From NCBI GenBank assembly GCA_963825035.1, contig CAWGRT010000007.1:7331-71330 (forward strand): a stretch of 64,000 nt of DNA, given 5' to 3'. Below the pieces are notes generated by a model, which did not search any database, had not been told where the DNA came from, and saw nothing but the letters and a program-made list of their open reading frames with translations. This document shows, in pieces, positions 40,678 to 51,483 of the stretch (within the stretch, counting starts at the first letter, position 1; each line of letters begins with the position of its first letter). The DNA comes from Candidatus Krumholzibacteriia bacterium. Its GTDB lineage: Bacteria; Krumholzibacteriota; Krumholzibacteriia; LZORAL124-64-63. The position numbers and the translations under genes are program-made.

Positions 40678-43381
40678 TCAGACGAGGGTCGTCATCCCGC
40701 GCCGGTCCAGGACCGGGCGGGCCAGGTCGCGGCCGTCGGCGCCGCGGCGCTGCAGGGTCTCGATGCGCTCGCGGCGGCGCTCCGCCTCCTCGAGGAAGAC
40801 GTCGGTCAGGTGGGGGCAGAACGCCTGCCCCGAGCCGTCGGCGATCTCCGCCAGGGCCCCGTCCAGGGTGTAGGCCGCCCGCCAGGGCCGCGGGCTGAGC
40901 AGGGCCGCCAGCACGTCGGCCAGGCGCACCAGGCGCGCGCCCAGCGGGATGGCCTCGCCGGCCAGGCCGCCGGGGTAGCCGCTGCCGTCGTAGTTCTCGT
41001 GGTGGTGCAGGATGATCTGGCGCGCCCGCGTGTCCGGCCGCAGGGCGTCCAGGATCTCCAGGCCCGCCTCCACGTGCTGCTGCATCACCCGCTGCTCGGG
41101 CGGGGCCAGGGGCTCGGGCTTGTTCAGCAGCTGGGGCGGCACGCAGCCCATGCCCACGTCGTAGAACTGCAGGGCGAACGCCAGGTGCTGCTGCTCCTCG
41201 GCGGGCATGCCCACGCGCCGGGCCGCGGCCAGGCAGATCTCCTGGCACAGCTCCAGCAGGCTCTCGTGGCGCAGGTGGCCCACGGCCGTGGTGGCCCGGA
41301 GGCTGTCCCGCAGGCACGCCCAGTTCGCGGGTGGCCTCGAGCCAGGCCTCGTGGCGGTCCAGCAGCTCGGCCAGCCGGGGCGCCAGGGCCTCCAGGAAGA
41401 GGCGGTCGTCGTCGTCCACGGGCCGGCCGTCCACGCGGTTGTTCACCGCCACCACGCCCCGCACGCCGGCGGGCCCGGGCAGGGGCACGCAGAGCACCGA
41501 CGGGGTGGAGTAGCGGGGCTCGTTCTCCTCGCGGCCGAAGCGGGGGTCGCGGGTCAGGTCGTCGATGCGCACCGACTCGCCCGTGGCCCACACCCGGCCG
41601 GCGATGCCCGCGCCCTTGCGCACGCGCACCCCCTGGACCACGGTCTCGTTCAGGCCGATGGCCGCGCGGATGCCCAGGTGCAGGCCGTCGGCGTCCGGTT
41701 CCATGAGGGTGACCGTCTGCACGCCCAGGCTCTCGGCCAGCCAGTGCAGCAGGCGCTGCAGGAACTCGCCGGGCTCGAACGGCTGGCCCGCATGGTCGCG
41801 CGACCGCACCGGCTGCACCACCGCGGCGCGCCGGGGCAGCAGCACCGTGAAGCGGGCGCCGCCCGTCGCCACGTTCTCGGCCCAGATGCGCCCGTCGTGG
41901 TGGGTGACGATCTCGTGGCAGATGGCCAGGCCCACGCCCTGCCCGTTGTGGCGCGCGGGTGGCCGAGCCGTCCACCTGGTAGAACTTGTCGAAGACGGCG
42001 CCGAGCTTGTCGGTCGGGGATGCCGATGCCCGTGTCCTGCACCGTCAGGCGCAGGGCGGTGCCCGACTCGGCCAGGCCCACGGTCACGCGCCCGCCCTCG
42101 GGGGTGAACTTGAAGGCGTTGGCCAGCAGGTGGGTGAGCAGCTGCTGCAGCAGCACCGGGTCCACGGGCATGGCGATGGCCGCGGCCGGCGCCTCGACCC
42201 GCAGGTCCAGCCCCGCTTCGGCGGCGCGGCTGCGCCAGCCGTCCTCCAGGCGACGGACCAGGGACACCACGTCCGTCTCGGACCGGTTGAGCAGCGGCCG
42301 CCCGTTCTCCATCTGGCTCAGCTCGAGGATGTCGTTGATGACGGCCGTCAGCTTGTGGCTCTCGGTGTGGATGACCTTGAGGAACTCGTCCAGGGACTCG
42401 CGCGACATGGACGCCAGGTTCTGCTGGAGCAGCTCCGTGTAGGCGGAGATGGACGTCAGGGGCGTGCGCAGCTCGTGGCTGACGTTGGCCACGAAGTTGG
42501 CCTTCATGTCGGCGAGGCTGGCCAGCTTCTCCGAGGCCAGGGAGAGCTCGGCATTGTTGCGGGCCAGGCGGTCGTAGACCTCGGCCGACTCGATGGCGCG
42601 TGGCGGCCTGGCGCGCCAGGAACTCCAGCTGGCGGATCTCCGCCTGGCCGGGCCCGCGCCCGCCGGCCGGACGCTGCAGGTCCAGGTAGCCCAGGGGTTC
42701 GCCGCCGGCGGCCTGCAGGGGGGCGACCAGGCGCCAGCCCTCGCGCCAGGCGCCGTTGACCACCTCGCCGTCGGTGCCGTCGACGTCCCCGTCCGGACGC
42801 ACCAGGAAGCAGCCGAAACAGCGCAGGCGGGGGTCGGTCGACCTCGGCGTACTCCTGGCGGGATACCGGACGCCGGCCCAGCTCGCCCCGTTCGGTCTCG
42901 TCCACGCCGCGGGCGCCGCGCACCTGGAAGGCCCTGGTCGGCGTCCGACCAGAGGTACAGGATCACGCGGTCGAAGCCCAGGATGTCGGCGGCCGCCGCC
43001 ACCACCCGGTCCACCAGCTCGGCGAGCTGCCGGGTGCCGTTGATCCGCGCGGACACGGCCAGGATGCGCTCGAGGGCCCGCGTGCGGCCGCGCAGGCGTT
43101 CGGTCTTGTCCAGCTGGCGCGCCGCCTGGCGGGCCAGGTCGTCCCGCTCCGCGGCGGTCTTCTGCACGTGGGCCAGCAGCGTCCTCGCGTTCGCCGGCCA
43201 GCTGCTCGGCGCGGGCCCGCTCACGGTCGCCGCGCTCCCGCAGGCGCCGCCCCATCATGGTCCCCCACACCGCCAGACCCGTCGCGGCCACCAGCGCCAG
43301 CGCCAGGCCCCCGGGCACGGCCATGGCGTGCACGCCGACGGCCTGGGCCAGGAGGGCGACGATGACGAGGGCGGGGAACAC
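40678..43381 (-). CDS. Membrane-anchored hybrid sensor: TM - GAF - HisKA - HATPase_c - GAF - HD-GYP; many (>=6) frame breaks
   Basis: GTG 43381 preceded by GAGGAGA. MFPALVIVALLAQAV..LALALVAATGLAVWG (TM). GAF1: LAELVDRVVAAAADILGFDRVILYLW. H-box: FVANVSHELRTPLTSISAYTELL. LLANAFKFTPEGG, VQDTGIGIP, GQGVGLAICHEIVTHHDGRIWAEN. GAF2: GIAGRVWATGESVRIDDL...VLCVPL. HD-GYP (ORF 40678..41283): FALQFYDVGMG...ILHHHENYDGSGYPGGL. Confidence 0.75.
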
Positions 43382-43395
43382 GGCGCGCGTCTCCT

Positions 43396-43785
43396 CTACT
43401 TCATGCCGGTGCGGGCGGCCAGCAGGTCCTGGATGCGTCCCACCAGCTTGGCGATGACGAAGGGCTTGCGCATGAACACGTCGGCGCCGGCCTCCCTCAT
43501 GCGGCGGCGCGTGGCCTCGTCCGCCCGGGCGGAGAGGGCCACGATCACCGTGTCCTGGTAGCTGCGGTTGCGGCGGATCAGCCGCGTGGTGTCCACGCCG
43601 TCGAGCTTCGGCATCATGATGTCCATGATCACCACGTCGGGCCGGAAGCTGGCCATCTTGTTCATGCAGTCGATGCCGTCGGCCGCGGACAGGACCGTGT
43701 GGCCGTCCTGTTCGAAGGCCAGGGCCAGCAGCGACGCGATGGGCCGCTCGTCGTCCACGATCAGGATGCGGGAGGGCAGGGCCAT
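43396..43785 (-). CDS. Single-domain response regulator (REC only)
   Basis: Intact 129-aa ORF. RILIVDDERPIASLL...DVVIMDIMMPKLDG...ADVFMRKPF. Confidence 0.85.
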   Translation of the reverse strand: MALPSRILIVDDERPIASLLALAFEQDGHTVLSAADGIDCMNKMASFRPDVVIMDIMMPKLDGVDTTRLIRRNRSYQDTVIVALSARADEATRRRMREAGADVFMRKPFVIAKLVGRIQDLLAARTGMK

Positions 43786-43802
43786 CGTCTCTCCTTGGCG
43801 CC

Positions 43803-45632
43803 TCAGGGGCGCGGTGCGGCGCCGCTGCCGGCCCCGCTGGTCTGGGGTTCGGCGCCGCGGGCGGCCAGCACCGCGGCGAAGGCGGCCACCACCGCCGGGT
43901 CGAACTGGCTGCCGGCGCAGCGCTCGATCTCCGCCAGGGCGGCCGCGGGCTCGAGGCCCGGGCGGTAGGGCCGCTCCCGGGTCAGGGAATACCAGGCGTC
44001 CACCACCGCCAGGGCCCGCGAGCCCAGGGGGATGGCGCCGCCGGCCAGGCCGTCAGGGTGGCCGGCCCCGTCGAAGCGCTCGTGGTGGTGGCGGACGATG
44101 GCCGCGGTGGCCGCGTCCGGCAGCAGCGGCGCCAGCAGGTCGAGCCCCAGCTGCACGTGGCGGTCCACCTCGTCGCGGGCGTCCCAGTCCAGGGCGCCCT
44201 CGCCGTGGAGGATCTCGTCGTCCACCCGGGCCATGCCCGCGTCGTGGAGGGCGGCCGCGTCCTGCAGGCTGGCGGTGGCGGCCGGGCCCAGGGCCAGGCG
44301 CGCGGCCAGGGCCGAGGCCAGGTCCAGGGCCTCGGCCGTCGCCGTGGGCACGCCCCGGCGGCGGACCTGCAGGAGGATGCGCAGGGCCTCGATGGTGCGG
44401 CCGGGATCGTCCTCGCCGCTGCGCAGGGCCTGGGCGGCGATGCGCGCCAGCACCCGCACCTGCTCCCGGTCCGGGTCGCGCCAGGGGACGTCGGCCAGGC
44501 GGCGGCCCAGCAGGATCCAGCCGCGCCTGCCCTCCGTCAGGGGCGCCGCGAGCCAGGGGGAATCCTCCGGCCGCGCCAGCCCCAGGGCGGCGGTCAGGGC
44601 CGTCCCCGGATCGCCGGTCGCCGCGCCCGGCGCCGGCACCAGCGCCGGCAGCCGCACCGTTCCCGGCAGGCCGGTCCAGGCCGCGGGCAGCAGGCCGCCC
44701 CCGGCGGCCGGCAGCAGCAGCACCGCCGCCCGGGCGTCGGCGTGTTCGGTCAGCAGCCGCGTCAAGACCTGCAGCACGCCGGGGTGGCCCGCGGAAGGCG
44801 CCGTGTCCTCGCCCACGGTGTGCACCTCCTTGGGCACGCCGAAGGTGAAGACCGAGCCGCCCCGCTCCCGACGGCGCACCGCCACGTGGCCCCCGTGCAG
44901 GCTGACGATGTGGCGCACGATGCTCAGGCCCAGCCCGGTGCCGCTCTCGGCCGTGGCCGCGCCCTCGGCCCGGTAGAACTCGCGGAAGATGCGCCGCAGT
45001 TCGTCGGCGGGCACGCCGGGCCCGTCGTCGGCCACGTCCACGGTGATGAAGGCGGCGCCCTCGGCGACCGTCACCTCCACCCCGCCGCCGGCCGGGGTGT
45101 ACTTGACGGCGTTGCCCACCAGGTTGACCACCACCTGCCGCAGCAGGTCGGCGTCCACCTCGGCCCGGGGCACGTCCGGCTCCGCCCGCACCACCAGCCG
45201 CTGGCGCTTGGCCGCGGCCGACGCCTCGAGGCTCGCGGCGGTCTCCTGGACGAGTGCGGCCAGGTCCACCGGACGCCGGTCCAGCAGGCGCGAGCCGTAC
45301 TCCATGCGGGAGAAGTCGAGGATGCGGTTGACCATGCGCAGCAGGCGGGCGGCCTCCTCGCGGATCACCTCCAGGAACTGGGGGGCCCGGTCGAAGCCCG
45401 GATCGCCGGCGTGGGTCAGCAGGGCGTCGGTGTAGGCGGTGATGGAGGTCAGGGGCGTCTTGAACTCGTGGCTGGCCATGGCCACGAAGCGGCCCTGCAG
45501 GCGGTTCAGCCGGACCAGGGTGCGGTTCTCGGCCCGCAGCCGGCGCACCTCGGCCTGGAGGGCTTCCCGGTCGGTCGGCGGGGCCGGCGCGGCGCCCCCG
45601 GGGCGGCTGTCCGGTGCGGTGCGGTGGTCCAT
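43803..45632 (-). CDS. Soluble hybrid sensor: coiled coil - HisKA - HATPase_c - GAF-like linker - HD-GYP (intact, 609 aa)
   Basis: H-box FVAMASHEFKTPLTSITAYTDAL. VVNLVGNAVKYTPAGG, VADDGPGVP, GTGLGLSIVRHIVSLHGG. C-terminal AALHDAGMARV...IVRHHHERFDGAGHPDGLAGGAIPLGSRALAVVDAW (HD-GYP with GHP). Confidence 0.8.
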   Translation of the reverse strand: MDHRTAPDSRPGGAAPAPPTDREALQAEVRRLRAENRTLVRLNRLQGRFVAMASHEFKTPLTSITAYTDALLTHAGDPGFDRAPQFLEVIREEAARLLRMVNRILDFSRMEYGSRLLDRRPVDLAALVQETAASLEASAAAKRQRLVVRAEPDVPRAEVDADLLRQVVVNLVGNAVKYTPAGGGVEVTVAEGAAFITVDVADDGPGVPADELRRIFREFYRAEGAATAESGTGLGLSIVRHIVSLHGGHVAVRRRERGGSVFTFGVPKEVHTVGEDTAPSAGHPGVLQVLTRLLTEHADARAAVLLLPAAGGGLLPAAWTGLPGTVRLPALVPAPGAATGDPGTALTAALGLARPEDSPWLAAPLTEGRRGWILLGRRLADVPWRDPDREQVRVLARIAAQALRSGEDDPGRTIEALRILLQVRRRGVPTATAEALDLASALAARLALGPAATASLQDAAALHDAGMARVDDEILHGEGALDWDARDEVDRHVQLGLDLLAPLLPDAATAAIVRHHHERFDGAGHPDGLAGGAIPLGSRALAVVDAWYSLTRERPYRPGLEPAAALAEIERCAGSQFDPAVVAAFAAVLAARGAEPQTSGAGSGAAPRP

Positions 45633-45644
45633 GCTACCCCTTGC

Positions 45645-46633
45645 TCAGTCGACATCGATCCGCGCCTGGCCCGCCACGACCAGCTCCGGCTGCCCGGGTG
45701 CGGTGCGGCGCTCGCAGACGACGACGCTCTCGATCATCGTCTTGCCGTAACGCTTGAGCTCGGCCATGGTGTCGCTCAGTTCGGCGGGATGGGCGAAGCG
45801 GCCCTGGGCGTCGGCGACCAGGGCGACGGTCAGCGTGATGACGGGAAATCGCTTGACGCGGCCGTCGCGGCCCTTCGACTTCGAGGTAGCCCCGCGCCAC
45901 GTCCTCGGCGTCGTGCAGCCCCGACACGCCGGAGTCGAACTCCTCGACGATGTGGCGGCCCAGGTCGTCCGCGTGGTCGCTGGCGGTGACCACGACGAAG
46001 TCGTCGCCGCCCACGTGCCCCACGAAGTCCCGGGCCGAGCCGTACTTCTGGGTGCAGCCCACCAGCACGCCCGCCAGGAAGGAGATGGCCCGGTCCCCCC
46101 GCGAGTAGCCGTACTGGTCGTTGAAGCTCTTGAAGCGGTCGATGTCGATGTACATGCAGCCGAAATCCGCGGCCGCCGGCGATGCGCTCGGTCAGCTCGC
46201 GCTCGATGGCGCGGTTGCCCGGCAGGCCGGTCAGCGGGTTGGCCTCCCGCTCGCGGCGCGTGGCCTCCAGCAGGTTCTTGACCCGCAGCAGCAGCTCGTC
46301 CTGGTTGAAGGGCTTGATGACGTAGTCGTTGGCGCCGCCCTTCAGGCCCCGGACCCGGTCCTCCACCTCGCCCTTGGCCGTCAGCAGGATCACCGGCAGC
46401 CGGGACGTCTCGAAACCGGCACGGATGATCTCCAGCACGGAAAATCCATCCATGCGCGGCATCATCACGTCCAGCAGGACCAGATCCGGCTGGAAACTGG
46501 TCACGGCCTTCCAGGCCTCTTCGCCGTCGGCGACGAGATGCACCTGGAAACCCTCCTGTTCCAGCAGGAACTGCAGGATTCGCCGGATGTGCGGCTCGTC
46601 GTCGGCGACGAGAATGCGGGATGTGTCCGCCAT
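45645..46633 (-). CDS. Response regulator-diguanylate cyclase (REC-GGDEF) with GGDDF signature, about 3 frame breaks
   Basis: ATG 46633. MADTSRILVADDEPHIRRILQF..DLVLLDVMMPRMDG..ANDYVIKPF. NPLTGLPGNRAIERELTERI. YIDIDRFKSFNDQYGYSRGDRAI...DFVGHVGGDDFVVV (GGDDF encoded at 45997-46011). Tail ITLTVALVADAQGRFAHPAELSDTMAELKRYGK. Confidence 0.8.
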
Positions 46634-46755
46634 TGTCGTCCGTTTCGTCGCGCTGCAAATTGCTCCTACGGCCCCGGCGGGTCGGGACCGTCCGTCGGCC
46701 GCGTCCGCAAAGGGACGTGCCAGGCAAGGGTTATCGGCAGGCGGCGAGAGGAACT

Positions 46756-47770
<1,015 letters not shown>

Positions 47771-47772
47771 CA

Positions 47773-49447
47773 GCGCGTCCCCCGTCACCGGCCACAGGCG
47801 CTCGCGCAGGACGGCGTCGGCGCTGGCCTCCTGTTCCATGGCCTCGAACACCGGGCCGATGGCCGCGGCGATCTCCCGCACCAGCACCGAGCGGGTGCTG
47901 CGACCGCGGGCGGCCAGCGGTGCCGGCCAGGCCGTGCACGTAGGCGCCCAGCAGGGCCGCGTCCAGGGCGGACAGCACCCTGGGCCAGCAGGCCGCCGAT
48001 CAGTCCGGTGAGCACGTCGCCCGAACCGCCGCGGGCCAGGGCGTCGTCGCCCGATCCGTTGATGAACACGCGGCCGTCGGGCGCGGCGATCACCGTGGGC
48101 GAGCCCTTGAGCATCAGCACGCAGTTCCAGCGGGCGGCCAGCTCGGCCGCCAGCTCGCGGGCGCTTCGGCGTTCGACCTCGGCCGAGGTGCGGCCGATCA
48201 GCCGGGCCAGCTCGCCGGCGTGGGGCGTCAGCACCACCTGGTCGTGGGCGAAGCGCGGCTCGCCCTCCAGGCGGGCGAAGGCCCCCAGGCCGTCGGCGTC
48301 CACCACGCAGGGGCGGTCCAGGCTGCGAGAGCAGGTCCACCACCCAGCGGTCGGTGGCCGGGTCGTCGCACAGGCCCGGCCCCAGCGCCACCGCCCGGCG
48401 CGCCCCCAGCAGCGTGGCCGAAGGCCTCGGTGTCCAGGGGCGCGATGGTGCCCGCCTCGGTCTCGGGCACGGCCGCGACGATGGCCTCGGGCAGCCCCAC
48501 CCGCACCGGCACCTCGAGGCTCTCGGGGACCAGCATGGTCACCAGGCCCGCGCCCGAGCGCAGCGCGCCCAGACCCGCCAGGTGGGCCGCGCCGCCGAAG
48601 GCCCGGCTGCCGGCCACCACCAGCACGGTGCCGCACTGGTACTTGTGGGCCCAGGAGCGCCGCGGCGGCAGCAGTTCCAGGCAATCGCCGCGGGTCAGCC
48701 AGTGCTCGCGGCCGGCGTGGCGGGCGCACACCGCGTCGGCGAAGCCGATGTCCGCCACCTCGATCTCGCCGGCGAAGTCGCGGCCCGGCGGCAGCAGCAG
48801 GCCCCGCTTGACCAGGCCGATGGTCAGGGTGCGGTCCGCGGCCACGGCCACCGGATCGACGCGCCCGTCGTCCCCGTCCACCCCCGAGGGGATGTCCACG
48901 GCCAGGCACGGCACGCCCGGTGTCGTTCAGGGCCCGGAACAGGTCGGGATAGGCCCCCCGCAGGGGCGGCTTGACGCCCGGTGCCGAAGACGGCGTCGAT
49001 CACCAGGTCGGTCTCGTCGGCCAGGTCGGCCGCGGTCCCGGCCCAGGCCGCGGGCGCGGGCGCGGCCACCGTGACCGCGTCCGGCAGCAGCTCCAGGTTG
49101 GCGCGGGCGTCGGGACTGAGGGCGTCGGCCGCCGCCAGCAGCAGCACCGTGACGGCCACCTCCTCCTCGGCCAGCAGGCGGGCGGCCACCAGGCCGTCGC
49201 CGCCGTTGTTGCCCTTGCCGCAGACGATCAGCACCCGCGGGGCCTCGTCCTCCGCCCCGTGGTCGTGGCCGCAGGCGCCGTCGCAGGCGTGGTCGTGGCC
49301 GTGGTCGTGGTCCTGCTCGGCCAGCATGAACAGGGCCGTCTCGGCCACCGCGGCGCCGGCCCGCTCCATCAGCTCCAGGCCCGGCACGCCGCCGGCGATG
49401 GTCTCCTTGTCGATGGCCGCCATGGCCGCTGCCGTCACCACGCGCAT
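47773..49447 (-). CDS. nnr: Bifunctional NAD(P)H-hydrate repair enzyme (YjeF_N epimerase + YjeF_C dehydratase), >=4 frame breaks; 3' end unresolved
   Basis: MRVVTAAAMAAIDKETI..LMERAG..VLIVCGKGNNGGDGLVAARLL; IDAVFGTG; AVDIPSGVD; HKYQCGTVLVVAGSRAFGGAAHLAGLGALRSGAGLV; VVDADGL..VLTPHAGELARL; VLMLKGSPTVIA..NGSGDDALARGGSGDVLTGLIGGLLAQG. No in-frame stop before the tsaD ATG in the sequence as given. Confidence 0.8.
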
Positions 49448-49450
49448 GGG

Positions 49451-50191
49451 TCAGTCCTTCCGGGAAGCAGGGCCGCCGCCCAGCCGCGCGAGCACGTCCA
49501 GCAGCTGGAGCGGATCGTCCACCACGAAGTCGGGTTCGGTCTCGTCGTCGGTCAGCTTGTCGGCGTACTGGCTGTACTTGTCGCCGTAGCGGGCGTAGAC
49601 CGTGTGCAGGCCCGCGGCGCGGCCGCCGACGATGTCCCGCTCCTTCCAGTCGCCGATCACCACGGCGCGCCCGGGCTCCACCGCCAGCTGCTCCAGGGCC
49701 ATGCGGAAGGGTTCGGGCGCGGGCTTGCGGAAGCCCGTGTCGTCGAAGGTCAACACCAGGTCGAAGGTGTGCTGCAGGCCCAGGTAGACCAGGCGCACCC
49801 AGGCCTCGAAGCGCGGGGCGTCGCTGACCACCGCCAGCTTGTAACCGTCCTTGAGCAGCCGGTTCAGCACCCGCTGGGCGTGGGGGTACAGCACCAGCGA
49901 GCCGTCGCGGGCCCGCCGGTAGGCCACCACCGCCGCGGCCAGGATGCGGTCCTCCACCCGCCCCATGACCTCCTCCAGGAACAGGTTGAACACCCGCTGG
50001 TGCTCGATGCCCCGGTCCTTGTAGACGGCGAAGATGCGCTGGGTCGCCTCGTCCTCGGGCATGTCCAGGCCCGCATCCACCATGGCCTCGGCCGCGGCCC
50101 GGATGCTGCGCTCCTTGGCGCCCATGAAATCGGTCAGGGTGTTGTCCAGGTCGAAGATGACCGCGTCGATGCCGCTGCCTGCCACGTGCAC
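49451..50191 (-). CDS. HAD-superfamily hydrolase
   Basis: Intact 246-aa ORF. AVIFDLDNTLTDF (DxD motif I), LAVVSDAP (motif II), VVIGDWKERDIVGG (motifs III/IV). Confidence 0.8.
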   Translation of the reverse strand: MHVAGSGIDAVIFDLDNTLTDFMGAKERSIRAAAEAMVDAGLDMPEDEATQRIFAVYKDRGIEHQRVFNLFLEEVMGRVEDRILAAAVVAYRRARDGSLVLYPHAQRVLNRLLKDGYKLAVVSDAPRFEAWVRLVYLGLQHTFDLVLTFDDTGFRKPAPEPFRMALEQLAVEPGRAVVIGDWKERDIVGGRAAGLHTVYARYGDKYSQYADKLTDDETEPDFVVDDPLQLLDVLARLGGGPASRKD

Positions 50192-50220
50192 ACCTTTCGT
50201 CGGGGTCCCGCGCCTTCCCT

Positions 50221-51117
50221 ATGAAACGCCCGCCGGGGCAATTGCACAACCTGCGGTTGCCTCTCGGGCCGGACGGGACGATCATGGCGGGCATGAACGA
50301 CCGACCGCCGCACCTCCCGCCCGACTCCGCACCCGGTCTGTGGCAGACCTGGGGCCACCTGCCGGTCCTGGCCCTGACCATCTTCCTGTTCATGGCCTAC
50401 CTGGTCTGCCAACTGCTGTTCTACGGCCTGACGGGCGGCCTGATGCTGCCGGTGCTGGCCGGCGCGCTCGTGGGCGTGATGCTGCCTCTGGAGCTGCTGC
50501 GGCGGCGCGGGGTGCTGATCCCCGAGGACGACCTGGGCCTGGACCGTCCCGACCGGGTGACGCTGGCCCTGGTGGTGGTGATCGCCCTGGCCTCCCTGGC
50601 GCCGGTCTCCCTCCTGGCCGAGGCGGCCCTGCGGCTGCATCCGGTGGACGCCGCCTGGGCCGCCGACTACAACGGGCACCTGCCCCGGACGGCGGGCGAG
50701 ATGATCGTGGCCGGGCTGGCGGTCCTGTTGGTGGCGCCCCTGGCCGAGGAGATCATCTTCCGGGCGTTCCTGCAGCGTCTGGCCACCGAGACCTGGGGCG
50801 TGGTGCCCGGCATCGTGGTGTCGGCCCTGGCCTTCGGCCTGCTCCACGGCGAGCCCTGGTACCTGTTCGGCCTCATCGGCGTCGGCCTGGTCCTGGGCCT
50901 GGTCTGGGCGGCCACCCGCTCCCTGACCGCCTGCTGGCTGGCCCACGCGGTGCACAACGCCGTCTCCCTGATCGCCCTGCTCCGGGGCGAGGGGGTCAGC
51001 GTGGAACCGGCGGTCTACGGCGCCTGGGACTGGGTCCTGGTGGGGGTGTCGTTGGCGGCGTTGGCGACGGCGGGGTGGGCGCTCGTGCGGCGCGGCCGCC
51101 GGGGCCGCGCCGCCTGA
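50221..51117 (+). CDS. CPBP-family intramembrane glutamic endopeptidase (CAAX protease-like)
   Basis: Intact ORF. LVAPLAEEIIFRAFLQ (EExxxR), FGLLHGE, WLAHAVHNAVS. Several TM helices. An alternative start is ATG 50284 (MAGMNDR). Confidence 0.8.
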   Translation: MKRPPGQLHNLRLPLGPDGTIMAGMNDRPPHLPPDSAPGLWQTWGHLPVLALTIFLFMAYLVCQLLFYGLTGGLMLPVLAGALVGVMLPLELLRRRGVLIPEDDLGLDRPDRVTLALVVVIALASLAPVSLLAEAALRLHPVDAAWAADYNGHLPRTAGEMIVAGLAVLLVAPLAEEIIFRAFLQRLATETWGVVPGIVVSALAFGLLHGEPWYLFGLIGVGLVLGLVWAATRSLTACWLAHAVHNAVSLIALLRGEGVSVEPAVYGAWDWVLVGVSLAALATAGWALVRRGRRGRAA

Positions 51118-51130
51118 GCGCCCGTCGCGG

Positions 51131-51319
51131 TCACCGCGCGGATTCGCGCAGGAGCTTGCCCAGGCTGATCTCCCCGTTGTCGATGCGGATGCTGAATCCG
51201 CACGCGGGGTTGTGGCAGACCCAGGCCTTGTAGCGGATGGGCGCGCCGTCGCGCCCGTAATCGGAAAGCGGCAGGAGAAGCCCCTCGCCGCACTTCTTGC
51301 AATCGGGGAACTGATCCAT
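51131..51319 (-). CDS. Small zinc-ribbon protein (62 aa)
   Basis: Intact ORF. CKKCGEG...(24 aa)...CHNPACG gives a four-Cys ribbon spacing similar to YgiT-type zinc fingers. No other domain. Confidence 0.45.
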   Translation of the reverse strand: MDQFPDCKKCGEGLLLPLSDYGRDGAPIRYKAWVCHNPACGFSIRIDNGEISLGKLLRESAR

Positions 51320-51483
51320 CGTATCTCCTCGGGCCCCACGCCCACGTCCCGTCCGGATCGATGCGGGCGCCCGCCGGCCTTGGCCGGCCCCCGCTGAGGG
51401 AAGACGCTAATCCTAGCTCAATACTAGGCAATTTCAAGCCTGATTTGCCGCCGGCCCGGCCAACCCGCCGCGACGGGTCCGGC

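Noticed and set aside
40214-43381. 1055-aa ORF suggesting one giant kinase-REC hybrid
   Set aside because: The terminal REC has its own GGGAGG-N7-GTG start (40588), and the HD-GYP domain ends with a stop at 40678 in another frame. There are two genes plus frame breaks, not one polypeptide.
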